Assembly: GCA_951406725.2 (NCBI GenBank)
Contig: OX597831.1
Coordinates: forward strand, 13,020,001-13,084,000
Direction: 5' to 3'
Source: Octopus vulgaris
Taxonomy: Eukaryota
Length of the DNA stretch: 64,000 nt
A model generated the notes under the pieces. The model did not search any database, was not told the origin of the DNA, and worked only from the letters and a program-made list of their open reading frames with translations. Position numbers and translations under genes: made by a program. The number at the start of each line of letters is the position of its first letter. Positions within the stretch are counted from its first letter, which is position 1. This document shows, one piece after another, positions 22,260-34,913 of the stretch.

Positions 22260-22849
22260 TATACATTGCACACTTTTTATAACAGTAAAAGTTTGTAACT
22301 CTTAATGCTGTAAGCATGTATACGGTTGTTTATAAATCGGGCTTTAGCGAAACGGTATATTTTGAGTCGACATTTTTGCTAATACAATCAGAAAATTTGA
22401 ACATTGATTTCTTTCGAAATTCCTTTATATTCCCGGTCCTGATTTGAATGCAATATGGCGGTTTTAATATCTCTGCTGAAGTAATACTTTATCATCGTTC
22501 ACTACGTTATGTAATGATTCTAATGTAAAAGATTAGAAGAACCATTCTTGTCGATTCTGTTGAATAACGTCAATTTAACCATGCCGAAATATTACTACAC
22601 CTAAAGCAATCACTGCGTTAGTAGAATCTCCCTTGTTAGATTATTTCTGAAAGCCAATCAGATCATTGAAGCTTAGTGGATAAAATCATTTGATTATTTG
22701 TTGCTTCCTTCGTTTCCTGCCAATTCCACAGAGACTCGTAGACTCACAAATCAGCTTGGAATCTATCGATTTGTTGGAAGATTTGGATTCTTGCTGCTCA
22801 ATCTGTCATTAATGCTGAGAGAGTAGCTCTTGTAATACGATGTAAATGC

Positions 22850-22907
22850 ACATACATACATTCGTAGATACATATACAGTCATAGATACATACATACATA
22901 CATACAT

Positions 22908-22938
<31 letters not shown>

Positions 22939-23102
22939 TATATACATACATATATACGCACATTCACACATACGCACACATAAATATATACATACATATA
23001 TGTATATATATATATATATGTATATGTGTATATGTATATATGCATATGTATATATATGTACATGTATATATATGTGGATATATATTTATGTATGCGTATA
23101 TA

Positions 23103-23147
<45 letters not shown>

Positions 23148-23500
23148 GTGTGTATATATATATATATATGTATGTATATATAGGCACACATACATAAATA
23201 TATATATGCATACATACATATCATACATGCATACACACACACAGACACACACACAAACACACACACGTACGTACATGCATACACGTACGTACATGCACAC
23301 GTACATATCCATGCATACTCGTACAAAAATGCATGCATAAGTACATATACACACATATAAATAGATTAACACATCAAGCTTAATACGTACATACATACAT
23401 ACATACATACATACATACATACATACATACATACACACACACCCACACACACGGACAAACACACGCACGCACACACACACACACACATACATATATATAA
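22850..23500. repeat. Compound (CATA)n/(TA)n/(CA)n microsatellite field
   Basis: Direct reading; source of the spurious CVCMYV/HTYI ORFs. Confidence 0.95.
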
Positions 23501-24095
23501 ACAATCATGAAATCTCAGGTATACTATATAGATAAACACCATATACATAAAAGTATATAAATAAACGTATATTCACAAACACAGGTAAACATACAAGGTG
23601 CATGTGATGAAATATCTACATTAAATAGGTACAAATACTGAATCATAAGCAAACCCACCAACGTTCATACATAGATACACACACACATACACACACTCAC
23701 ACACACACGCAAGCTTAAACACTAACTATGCTACTACATAATGCAATCAGCACTAGATATATTTCCATGTGCCCTTGTGTATGTATGTGTGTGTATTATA
23801 CGTGTGTGTATGTGTGTGCGTATGTGTGTCTGGGTACACGTGCGTGCATGTATATGAATGTGTACCTATACACACACACTTTCAGGAGACGCTTAAAAGA
23901 AGCCTTAACAACACCAGGTAGTATAAGATGAACAGTAGCTTTATACTGATATAGTCTCTCTCTCTATTTCTTTTTCTCTCTCTCTCTCTTTATATATATA
24001 TATATATATACATAGAGAGAGAGAGAGAGGGAGAGAGAGAGATAGAGATATACATACACATATACATACAAACATATATACATGTGTGTGTGTGT

Positions 24096-24132
<37 letters not shown>

Positions 24133-24206
24133 CATACATACATACATACATACATACATACATACATACATACATACATACATACATACATACGTATGTA
24201 TATATA

Positions 24207-24770
24207 CGAGGTATACTTAAAAAGTATACGACCTTGAATGATTTTGCCCAAAATGATAACACATGAGCAAAATCTGCATGGGTATTAGGCGGCTGCATCC
24301 TTTCTGAGCATGCGCAAAATGTTTCGTGTTTGTGGGTTGTGCCATTTACCCACAGAGGCATGTAGAATACAGACATGAAGAGTGTGCTGTGCAGTTTTTC
24401 TTTTTGCGACAAGCTGACCGAGTTCATTGAGCAATAATACCGTACCAAATTCTGCCAAAAACTTGGTGATACGCAAGCCCAGACTATCGAGAAATTTCAG
24501 AAGGCCTTTGGAGAAGTTGCTATGGGAAAAACAGAAATAAAGGAGTGGTACAACCGGTTCAAAGACGGCTGCAGCACAGTATACAGGGAATCACGTTGTG
24601 GTGGACCATCGACTTGCAGAAACGAAGAAATGATTACAATTATTATTCGTCGGCTTCGTGAAGCTGAGCGGCGAAAACGAACTGACCTGTGGGTAGCAGA
24701 GTACTGGCAACTCCAATGTGACTACGTTGTCCAAGCATTCCTCGTTAGGCTTTCGACTCCCCAGACGTGT
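24207..24770 (+). mobile_element. Mariner remnant (left TIR, N-terminal HTH, deleted core)
   Basis: TA|CGAGGTATACTTAAAAAGT; translation EQ*YRTKFCQKLGDTQAQTIEKFQKAFGEVAMGKTEIKEWYNRFKDG..GGPSTCRN. Confidence 0.8.
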
Positions 24771-24947
24771 ATACGGATATATATATATATATATATACTT
24801 CAAGAATTGTGCATAGTATTGAATAACTTCATGCTTGGAGAAGAAGAGCATGCACACACGAACTCACACATGCGCTTAGTACTTGCATACACATTCATAC
24901 ATACATGCATAGATGTAAACATGCATAGGCACACACACACATATACA

Positions 24948-24979
<32 letters not shown>

Positions 24980-25855
24980 GTTGTATATTTATGTTCATAT
25001 ATGATAACCATAGAAAGTTGATAACGACGACGAAGAAGATGATGATGAAAAGATGATGATGAAAAGGATGATGATGATGATGAGGAGGAGGAGGAGGAGA
25101 GGGAGGGCAACGACGACGACGACAACGGCGACGCTAACGATAACAATGACGATAACAATAGCGATGAAGATGATGTTAATGACGGCAACGATGACGAAGA
25201 TGAAGATGATGAAGCAGGTGATGATGATGATGATGATGGTGTTTTTCTTTTCTAAGGATTCGTCTAGGGACTCGATTTTCTCGCCACTGCGATCCTCCTG
25301 CGAAACAGTTGGGTGAACCTTGAGACGAAGTACAAACTCTCAACCTCAGTTTCATATAGAACCATATCCTCTACATCATGTATTGAGCACTCGTTTCTCA
25401 TTCGTTCGATAAAAACAATGTAAGTATTCATATACATACATACACACATACATACATACATTCATAGATACACACATGCATAGATACACACATACATACA
25501 TACATGCATACATACACACATGCATACATACATACATACATACATACATACATACATACACACATGCATACATACATACATACATACATACATACATACA
25601 TGTGATACCATATACCCCTTCCTGATCAATAGCAGCTCATCTTCCAGAAGCCATCTCGGACCTCTTCACCCTGGGTCTCTTCATTTATCTGGTCATTGCA
25701 GAAGCCTGAAGGAGACGGGCTCGAAGTACTACGGAATCCGAATCAATTTTTTTAAACACACACACACACACATTGGAATATATAGGTATGAATATATATT
25801 ATCAGTATGATCAGCAAATATTGAAATGTGTCGGACAAATGGTCAATATGATATA

Positions 25856-25903
<48 letters not shown>

Positions 25904-25952
25904 TATACGTATATATATATGTGCATATATATATATGTATATGTGTATGTAT

Positions 25953-26041
<89 letters not shown>

Positions 26042-26060
26042 TATACGTATATATATATGA

Positions 26061-26126
<66 letters not shown>

Positions 26127-26181
26127 TATACGTATATATATATGTGCATTTATATATATGTATATGTGTATGTATATATAT

Positions 26182-26261
<80 letters not shown>

Positions 26262-27039
26262 TTGTACATATATACATTTATATAATATATATATAAATAT
26301 GTATAGATATGTTTGCGTATATGTATGGATCTATCTATCTATCTATCTATCTACTTATATATTCAATTATTTATCTCTCTCTTCTGCATCTCTCCCCCCT
26401 CTCTCTCTCTATATATATATATATCAGCACATAAAACGGATATTACATAATGATGATGATGATGATGATGATGATCGATGATGTATATATACATATATGT
26501 ACATCACATCCACCCACACCCACCCACATATATATCCCTACATCTATAACAGAATTTCGTCTATTCATACATTCTTTCGTCGCATTCTATCCGAGCAGAG
26601 ATGATACATTATTCATATCTACATGTATCAGAGTAGTCATTTATTATCAAATGACATTCCAGTCTCCCGATAAAATAAATAAATAAATCAACAGAAACAA
26701 TAAAAAAACAATAACCAAATAGAAATACTGTTCTTTTCTGTTTTTTTTTCTTCTTTTTCCTCCGTGGTTGCTAAATGATTATGACCATATCGTATCATTC
26801 CGACATCTTCAGAGTATAGATGACATGCAAGAATACAAGAATGCCATAATAAATAGCTTTAAAGAATCACAATCACAACTAACTGTACTAACGTTGCTAT
26901 GGCGACTATATCGTTGTGTGTCGTGTATTTTCGTGTATTTCCGTAAAATCAGGATTAAGTGGGAAACGGAGGGAATCTGAGAGAAACTTGTTTCGAATAA
27001 TGATTAGTTCCATATTTAATTCAGTTATTGTTTTTCGGA

Positions 27040-27200
27040 AGAAATGCTTTGCCGTCTTTCGTCCGCTCCCTTTGCGTTCCAAGTTCAAAACTCAACTTGG
27101 GTTGGCTTCACATTTCGTCCATTTGGCTTCGATAAAATATCGAACCTGTCAAGTATTGGGATCGATAGTATCTAAGCGCCTCTATCCTCAAAATTCCGGG
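27040..27200 (+). mobile_element. SINE family A (diverged), truncated where a LINE 3' fragment begins
   Basis: GAAATGCTTTGCCGTCTTTCGTCCG..AGTTCAAAA..TCGATAAAATA..GGGATCGAT..CAAAATTCCGGGCCT. Confidence 0.7.
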
Positions 27201-27883
27201 CCTGTTCGGAACAAACTTTACAGGCACGGAAGTGCCGTCATCCGGGCCAGCCCGAGGTGCGCACGGAAGAATGAAACCGTTCTGCACGCCCTAGTCCAGT
27301 GCCCGAGTAATGCTGATCTGTGGCTTTATGTCGAACACCTGCTGTCGCATGTGGGACGCATCCGGCTATCAGCTGAATCCATTGTAAGGATTGCTCCACC
27401 ACCCTCTTTTGGCCAGGAGGGGCAGGCAATTTTTATTTGTCTAGTGGTTGTAGCGAAAGAGGTAGGATGCTGGACCCGTTTGAAAGGGCTAAAGACAGAC
27501 ACTTTCCTCTTTGGTCAAACCCTCAACTTTTTCAAGTTTCACTTGAAAAGAGGGTGGAGTGGGAAGTGTTGCCTTGTAGCAAATTTGTTGAAAGGTGGGT
27601 GAATGATGGAAGAATGGCCAGTGTGAAAGGACCAATTCTGAGCGTGCACCTGTAAAGAAAAGAAGGGCTCTTGCCCTGTTGTTCAGACACCGGTGGCTTT
27701 TGTGGTTTTTTCCATGGGGTCCTTAAAGCTCCTCCCCTATCGGGAGTTTTAAATTGTTTAATTTTTAATTGTTATTTGCCTTGTCTACACATTGTAAAAC
27801 CCATTGCATCGTCCTGTTTTTGCCTTTTATGTTGTATGTCTTTTAATGTAATTTTATGTGAGCCCTTGTGGCTAATAAAAGAA
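27201..27883 (+). mobile_element. 3' end of an L1/Tx1-clade LINE (zf-RVT-like CCHC region plus 3'UTR)
   Basis: PVRNKLYRHG..SPRCARKNETVLHALVQCP..LW.YVE matches the C-x2-C..E..H..C zinc-binding region of L1/Tx1 ORF2. Ends AGCCCTTGTGGCTAATAAAAGAA then (ATT)n. Confidence 0.8.
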
Positions 27884-27912
27884 TTAATCATTATTATTGT
27901 TATTATTATTGC

Positions 27913-27950
<38 letters not shown>

Positions 27951-27951
<1 letters not shown>

Positions 27952-28160
27952 AGGCTGTGATCTGGCAGTATCGTTAGCACGCTGGACGAAATGCTTAGCA
28001 GTATTTCGCCCGTCGCTACGTTCTGAGTTCAATCTCCCCCGAGGTCGACTTTGCCTTTCGTCCTTTCTGAGTCGATAAATTGAGTACCAGTAAAACATTG
28101 AAGTCGATGTAAGTGACTAGTCCCTTCCCCATAAAATTCTGGCCTTGTGTAGAAAGGATT
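27951..28160 (+). mobile_element. SINE family A, full length (short-tail form)
   Basis: AAGGCTGTGATCTGGCAGTATCGTTAGCACGC..GAGTTCAATCTCC..core..GGCCTTGTGTAGAAAGGATT. Confidence 0.85.
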
Positions 28161-28291
28161 ACTCTATCTCTCCTCCTCCTCCTCCCCTCCTCCTCCTCCC
28201 CACCCTCCTCCTTCTCCCCACCCCTCCTCCTTCTCCCCACCCCTCCTCCTTCTCCCCACCCCTTCCCCTTCAACTTCTTTTCTTCTTCTTG

Positions 28292-28365
<74 letters not shown>

Positions 28366-28374
28366 TTTATCACT

Positions 28375-29115
28375 GTTACGTTTACTTTGCATGTTTGATG
28401 CAATCACTTGTCGGGACACCCAGCACCCTAGGGTGAGTGGAGTTTAAGAGATGTTGAAATATAATTGAATGATTGGCGAGGGGAAGTGGCGATGGCAGTA
28501 AAGAAGTGCCTCCATCTAATACAACACGAACATTTAATTTGATCAGATTTTCGTAAGGATGTGTGCAGCACTTATTAGCCACAATCTTCTGGATTTCCTT
28601 GAGACATGGTTCTCCTGGGATGTTATCTAAATGTTTCTGACATCCCTTCTTTATCATACTTAAGCACCTACAATAACAGGAGCAATTTTTGCTTTAATAT
28701 TCTACGTCATTTGTATTTCAGCTTCCAGGCTGTTATATTAACTAAGTTTATCAAACTCCTTTACAGGTATATTTTTATCAGTGGGAATACTACATCCATT
28801 AGTCTGCAAGTATTTTCTTCCCCGTCTTTAATAATTATGTCTGGTCAGTTAGCCTGGATCGTTCTGTCAGTGTTGACTGAAAAACCTCAGAGGACGGTGA
28901 GATTACCTTCAACTACGGTGGGACGGTGGGAGTAGCTTTAACTACTGGCTCAGGTTGATGTTCATACCAGTAAGCAGGGGTATCCATTTTGTAGTGTTTA
29001 CATATTTTCTTAAATATGTAAATACTGTCCCACCCTATCGTGGCGATTTTTGAATGCGTTTGGGGTCAGCACAGGACATCCCGAAACTAGGTGGTCTATT
29101 GTTTCAACAAATGTG

Positions 29116-29117
<2 letters not shown>
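28375..29117 (-). mobile_element. 5'-truncated R4/Dong-type RLE LINE in (TAA)n context
   Basis: ETIDHLVSGCPVL..NRHDRVGQYLH (CCHC remnant and RHD), TDRTIQAN*PDIIIKD (PD..D RLE motif), HLDNIPGEPCLKEIQKIV. (TAA)n tracts lie on both sides, the known Dong target. Confidence 0.85.
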
Positions 29118-29176
<59 letters not shown>

Positions 29177-29269
29177 TCATCGTTATTATTATCATTAGTA
29201 GTAGTAGTATACAAGTGCCATTACATACTACATTAACAAGGATCTTATCCCGAGGTTTGCTAATTATAA

Positions 29270-29885
29270 ATCTCCTTAGATCTTAAGAATCATTCTTAGA
29301 GTCCTTGCTGAATACTAGATGTCCCGGTTCGAATATATCTCAGTCTCAAGAACAGTTATCACTTTTGTCCCCCACAGTTTCTGTGACATTCCTTGAAATT
29401 TCTCATTTTACTTAATTTTATTGATATCCATTTCATCATTATGTGATATTATAAAATCCATTATCTTATACAGCTTTACTGTTCTCTACCATCATATCCA
29501 GTTTCTTTGCTTCAAAATATGGATGGAGTTTATAACGAATTCCACAAAATATTATAATTATCATTTTTATTCAAAGCTTCAGAATGGTGTTTTTATAACT
29601 TTTCTGTTACTTCGGATCCACAAACTTTGCTCACATCCCATTACACTCTTTTATTGATATGATTATTCCTGCGTTTATACTCCTTTTGCGCTAGCTTATT
29701 GCACCCATTTACTGCAGCCACTCCATTTCTCGTATTTTGTGTTTGCTCTCAACTTTGCTCTCTAATCATGCAACAAACCGAATATATTTGCGGTAAAGAA
29801 TACTGCTATTGGCTGGCAGATGGAAAGCCGAAAGAAGAAACTGAATCGTTGATTATCGCCACTCAGGAGCAAGTCATTAGAGTGA
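29270..29885. mobile_element. Older R4/Dong-like fragments in both orientations
   Basis: Plus strand WLADGKPKEETESLIIATQEQVIR resembles WL..G.LK.ETE..I.AAQDQAL. Minus strand ENDNYNILW is followed by a decayed RLE-like region. Confidence 0.55.
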
Positions 29886-30529
29886 AAGAGATAGAGATAG
29901 AGACAGAGTTAGAACAAGTGATTAATTGAGAGATAGACGAAGGGAAGGAGAAAGAGAAAAAGACTGCTAGAAAGAAGGTGTAAGAAAAAAACAAAGTAAG
30001 CAAAACTGTTGTCTTAGACCTATGATGGCCGACATTCTCTTGAACAAGTGTGGTCGCCATATTGTATTGCTTAAAAGGAAAAAAAATGTAATGATTTATC
30101 CAAAGGTGAAAGGTTACCATCCATGACTTTTGTTCAGGGCCTCAAATGCTGGTGGGAGGAAATGAAGGCAAGGAAACTATCTCTATGCTTCACACCTGTC
30201 GCGAACATAGCTCGTAGCAAAGTGGACTCCTCTAAATTCACCTAAATGCCTGATGGTGACATTATATCTAGCGACGAAAGCCACAATATGGTGACAAATA
30301 TTTTTTTTTAATTCAGAGACATTGCGTAACATCTGCAACGGAATTTCTTCTCTCCATAAGCAATGCGATATACGTTATCGATTCAGTCGCATCCAAGTTT
30401 TATTATATAATATAGCAGCAGTATTGTAGTGACTCAATAGTCAACAGCTTAGTCATCAGTTAAGAGCTCCTAAAACGTCAAAGAAATATTTGCTGACGTA
30501 CGGTAATTGAGACGAGCTGACGAGGGACA

Positions 30530-31420
30530 CCTATGAGCGGCTGATCGATCTACTAGAAGTAACAGCGGTGAAATCGCCTTCAAATTGTACCCTATAGAAT
30601 TAAAAGAAAAAAAAGCATGTTATCTAAGATAATCTCGTTCTACTTATTGTATGTATGTATGTATGTATGTTTGTATGTATGTATGTATATATGTATGTAT
30701 GAAAATTAGGCTAAATGTTCACAGCTGCAATGTCTTTTGATCAAACGCCAGTTAGATTAGGGCAGGTTTTGAGCTACACAAAGCAACGACGATGATTATA
30801 ACAACAACATAAAAAATAAAGATAACAGTGGCGGTGGAAGAGGAGAAGGCGGTGATGTTGGTGATAGTGGCAATGGCGGCGGTACATTGAAAGGTGATAA
30901 TGAGTAACAGCTGTCGTGTTCCGATCGAATTCCATTGACCTACCTATGCAGAGAACAACATCAAAATCTATAGACAAGTAGCAGGAGTTAATGAAGGTGA
31001 GGAAACTTCTAAGTGATCACTCGTCCTGTCGGAAATAACAGCAAATTATCTCTCAAATCAAACACAAACGGTCTTATAAAAGGAAGGACACATTGGATTA
31101 TGTAGTCTGAGAAGACAAATAAAGGGATAATAACCGCTGAAACACCCCTGATCATAAATCTGATCGTTCAGAGACGATCTGAGACTAAACATCAACCGCA
31201 GCAGACACTGAGACAAGGGCCTCTGTATGTGGTTACTCATTCGGCTAGAAATAGCGGCTAAATCTCTCTCAGATCGCACCTTAGCATCCTAAAAAGAAAG
31301 ATCCCTTAGAAAATGCTGTCCAGGAAACCCTTTTCGGTGTGTCATTAAAAGACTGGATGGTCATGGTTGGACAATTTTGATGATAGGTTCCGCACGATTA
31401 AGGATCATCTAGGGCTAAAT
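30530..31420 (+). repeat. Three diverged copies of an unclassified ~200-bp interspersed repeat
   Basis: Recurrent GCTAGAAATA(A/G)CAGC.AAAT.T..CTCAAATC.CAC..TCTTAAAAAGGAA..ATGGTC..G.TGGA..TTTGAT.ATA. Further copies at ~40520-40960 and ~51220-51370. Confidence 0.65.
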
Positions 31421-31537
31421 ATAAACAACAGCAATAACGACCAACAAATTATGAAGTCTCAACGCAGTCTCCAGGATCTAGACAATCAGACTTGACCTGA
31501 TCGAACAAAGAGGGCTACGATCAAGGTAGCAGCATGT

Positions 31538-31790
31538 GGAGGTGCGTGGCTTAGGTGGTTAGGGAGTTGGATTCTTAATCGTATGATTGTGGTTTCGATT
31601 CCTGGACCGGGTGATGCGTTGTGTCCTTGGGCAAAGCACTTCTTTTCATGTTGCTCCTGTCCACTCAGCTGGCAAAAATGAGTTACCATACGATCGACTT
31701 ACGTCCCGTCCAGGGGGTTCTATATACGCCACAGAAACGGGGGAAATCGGCCCTGTGAGTCTGTATGACTCGGGAATGAGCTTTATCCTT
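31538..31790 (+). mobile_element. SINE family C
   Basis: GGAGGTGCGTGGCTTAGGTGGTTAGGG..GGTTTCGATTCCTGGACCGGG..CCACTCAGCTGGCAAAAATGAGT. Confidence 0.85.
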
Positions 31791-32550
31791 TAGAGTAGCA
31801 GCAACGACTACAGCAACAAGAATAGCAACAGCAAAAACAACAGCAGCAACAATAATTCTTCGTAATTTTACCAAGAAGCTAGCAAAGTTGAAGAGAGGGC
31901 GGGGGCGTCGTCCTCACAGTGCTTGATATCTGCTTTATTTTATCGACCCCGGAAGGATGAAAGGAAAAGAAGTCGACCTCGGTGGGGTTTGAACTCAGAA
32001 CATAATGAGTCGAAAGAAAACGCAATAATTACAACAACAACAACAACAACAACAACAAATAGCAACAAATACATGAATAGCTACACCGCGAAGAACAAAC
32101 AAGCAACAACAACAACGACAGCAACACCACCACCACCACCTAAACCAGCACCACCACCATCAACAACAACAACAACAATAGCAGCAGCAACAACATATAC
32201 AGCAGCAGCAACAGCAACAGCAGCAGCAGCGGTAACAACAGCATCCGACATCGTCACTGCATTAAATCTGCTGCAGTCTGCATCTGCAGTTTGTTCTCTT
32301 AATTTGTACAGAAAATATGGAGACGAATCTGTAATCTGGTTAACGAGATTAAAACGGAATAAATTATCGTCGGATTTTATGTAATATCTGACGTTCGGTG
32401 TGGACGGTGGAGGTGTCGGCTAACTGAAATCTGTACAACGTCTTTCGTTCTACAACTTCATCAAGGTGACTCACTGGCAGAATCGTTAACAAACGAAGAA
32501 CGAGAAAAACACCGGAGTCAGTGGAATCAATCAGCACCTCTTCTCCGTAG

Positions 32551-32733
32551 AAAGGATTGTTGTTATTATTAAGGTTTGCTATTATAAAGGATTGTTAATA
32601 TAAAGGATTGTTAATATAAAGGATTGTTATTATTAAGGATTGCTATTATAAAGGATTGTTAATATAAAGGATTGTTATTATTAAGGTTTGCTATTATAAA
32701 GGATTGTTAATATAAAGGATTGTTAATATAAAG
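32551..32733. repeat. 16-bp-unit minisatellite (ATAAAGGATTGTTAAT and variants) inside a SINE A remnant
   Basis: About eleven adjacent units, no spacers. Confidence 0.9.
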
Positions 32734-33419
32734 GCGGGATTCCGCCGACGTCGACTTTGCATTCTTTTTCGAGTCGATAAAATACCAGTTGAGCACTGGG
32801 TCCAAGTATTCGACTTACTCCCTCCCACTAATTAGCTGGCCTTGTGCCAAAATTTGAAATCATTAATATAAATGGGGTGAGCTGGCAGAATAGGAAGCAG
32901 GCCGGACAAAATTCTTAGCAGCATTTCTTCCGTCTTTACGTTCTGAGTCTACATTCCAGTAAGTTTGACTTTGCCTTTCATCTTTGGTCAGTAAGTGTGA
33001 TTTCCTATTTGCTTCTATCTAGAAATCAAAGGAAATGGCTACTATTCCCTTCAAACTTTGCTTTTGTGACCTGGACATCAATGTTTTGGAACTGACCTCT
33101 TTTCCATTACATTTCAGACAGATTCAGCGCTGAGTTGCTGAAGCAGAAATATCGTTATAGCAAATATTCTGTTGAATACCACAGATTTGCTTGTCAGTTG
33201 CTTGACCTTAGCCACTTGAAAATGTCCCTTAGTGGCTGACAATATGTGCATCTCTGATCATGTGCAAGAGCAGTGGGCGGGGGGCATCGTAATCCTGTGA
33301 TGAGAGGCATTCTCTGAGGTTTCAATAAATATCATTACAAAAGCAAATTTTAAAGGAAATATTACCCATTTTTCATACTTTCTAGGGGACAGCAAATGGT
33401 AAATAACAGTTGGCGGGAA

Positions 33420-33635
33420 AGGCGGCGAGCAGGCAGAATCGGTAGCACGCCGAACAAAATGCTTGGTGGCGTTTCGTCCGTCTTTAAGTCCTCAAATAAA
33501 TATCGCCGTGGTTGACTTTAACTTTCACCCTTTCGGGGTCGATAAAATAAGTACCAGTTGAATACTGGTGTCGATGAACCTCTGATCTACTCCAACCTCT
33601 GAAATTGCTGGCCTTGTGCCAAAATTTGAAACCAA
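33420..33635 (+). mobile_element. SINE family A (short-tail form)
   Basis: GGCGGCGAGCAGGCAGAATCGGTAGCACGCC..TTTCGGGGTCGATAAAATAAGTACCAG..GGCCTTGTGCCAAAATTTGAAA. Confidence 0.85.
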
Positions 33636-34224
33636 AATTATCTGTGGGTTTGATAAACACATTAGCTAGTGTTGAAATGGTTTTGTTGGTAGGAATATCG
33701 GACGGGCTTAATTCTTTGACGATGCCATTAAGTTTCATGGTATTTCCTGTAAGGATATTAATTATTTACCAAAAAATAGAATTGATATTTTCTGTTTCTG
33801 CATCATTTTTTCAATACCTCATGGGGGCACGGTTTTCATATCCAGCTCTAAAACTTATTTCGTTCTTGCCCCGTAAAAAGATAATTGATAAAATATGTGA
33901 AAGAATTAATAAAATCTGAAGAAAGGAAGAAAAAAAAAGAAGAAAAAGTGTTGAAAAAAAAAAAATAAAGTGTCGCTTGGGAATGTCTCTGCTTCTGCCG
34001 GTGTAAGGAGGAGAGGTTTCGGGTTTTCAAAGCCGGGAGGTAAAAGTTCTTTCCGCAATTAACGGTAAAAGTTCTTTCCGCAATTAACGGTTATAAAATC
34101 TTGAGTGGACATGTCCGCCTTCAGAGCTCAAAGAGTTAAACAACAGCAACAACAACAACAACAACAACCTCAACATAAACAACAGTATCGTCGTCGTCAT
34201 CATCATCATAATCATCATCATCAT

Positions 34225-34256
<32 letters not shown>

Positions 34257-34553
34257 ACAACAGCAACAACAACATTCTCGTGCAGTTTGCTAATGTTTCG
34301 TACTCAATGATATGCCAGTTGTTTATTTCACACACACACACACACACATACACACACACACACACACACACGCACGCGCAAATACACACAAGCACACATA
34401 CGCACACATATGTATATATATATATAAATTTAGAAGAAACAAAAAACAAAACAAAAGACAACAAAAACCAACCACCTGATTCATTCTCGGCCGAAATCTT
34501 AATAAACGTTACCCACCCATCGGTTGGTTCGGGGTCATTGCAGCACAGTAATG

Positions 34554-34632
34554 CCGGAAGATTCCATGACGTGGCACGCTTCCGCCAGGTGATTGGCTGA
34601 ATTCAACATCATATGTTGCAAGGGTGCACGTG
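34554..34632. promoter_or_regulatory. Candidate cis-regulatory cluster (ETS, UPRE/CREB3-XBP1, ETS, NF-Y, E-box)
   Basis: CCGGAAG 34554-34560, TGACGTGGCA 34567-34576, CTTCCG 34579-34584, TGATTGGCTG 34590-34599, CACGTG ~34627, all in a non-repetitive GC-richer patch. Motif match only. Confidence 0.4.
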
Positions 34633-34692
34633 CGAACACGTAGTGGTAGACATGGCCAAATACAGATGCAAACATAGGTAAATATCAATGGA

Positions 34693-34855
34693 CAGGAGTG
34701 GCTGTGTGGTAATTAGCTTGCTTACCAACCACATGGTTCCGGGTTCAGTCCCACTGCGTGGCATCTTGGGCAAGTGTCTTCTGCTATAGCCCCGGGCCGA
34801 CCAATACCTTGTGAGTGGATTTGGTAGACGGAAACTGAAAGAAGCCTGTCGTATA
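34693..34855 (+). mobile_element. SINE family B, 5' half
   Basis: CAGGAGTGGCTGTGTGGTAA..GGTTCAGTCCCACTGCGTGGC..GAAACTGAAAGAAGCC then microsatellite. Confidence 0.9.
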
Positions 34856-34859
34856 TATG

Positions 34860-34913
<54 letters not shown>

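Noticed and set aside
25703-25735. Hammerhead-like CTGAAGG..CTCGAAG
   Set aside because: Both core boxes deviate and no stem I can be formed.
26916-27602. 228-aa ORF as a host gene
   Set aside because: It is a chance fusion of unique DNA, a SINE A body and the zf-RVT-like tail of a LINE.
31923-32384. 153-aa T/P/A-rich ORF
   Set aside because: It starts in a reversed SINE A and continues through (ACA)n/(CCA)n/(GCA)n repeats.
32551-32733. CRISPR-like periodic repeat
   Set aside because: Units are adjacent with no unique spacers, the context is eukaryotic and there are no cas genes. It is a minisatellite.
32990-33330. Non-repetitive-looking block as an exon
   Set aside because: It has stops in the frames examined and interrupts a SINE A copy, so it is more likely a fragment of another interspersed repeat. 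Class not determinable by eye.
34085-34138. piggyBac-like end (..CTCAAAGAGTTAA)
   Set aside because: No matching opposite TIR/TTAA end could be located by eye, so it is not called as an element.
34105-34293. Poly-Q/poly-H ORF resembling a transcription-factor low-complexity region
   Set aside because: It consists almost entirely of CAA/CAG/CAT trinucleotide repeats with no flanking domain or convincing splice sites.
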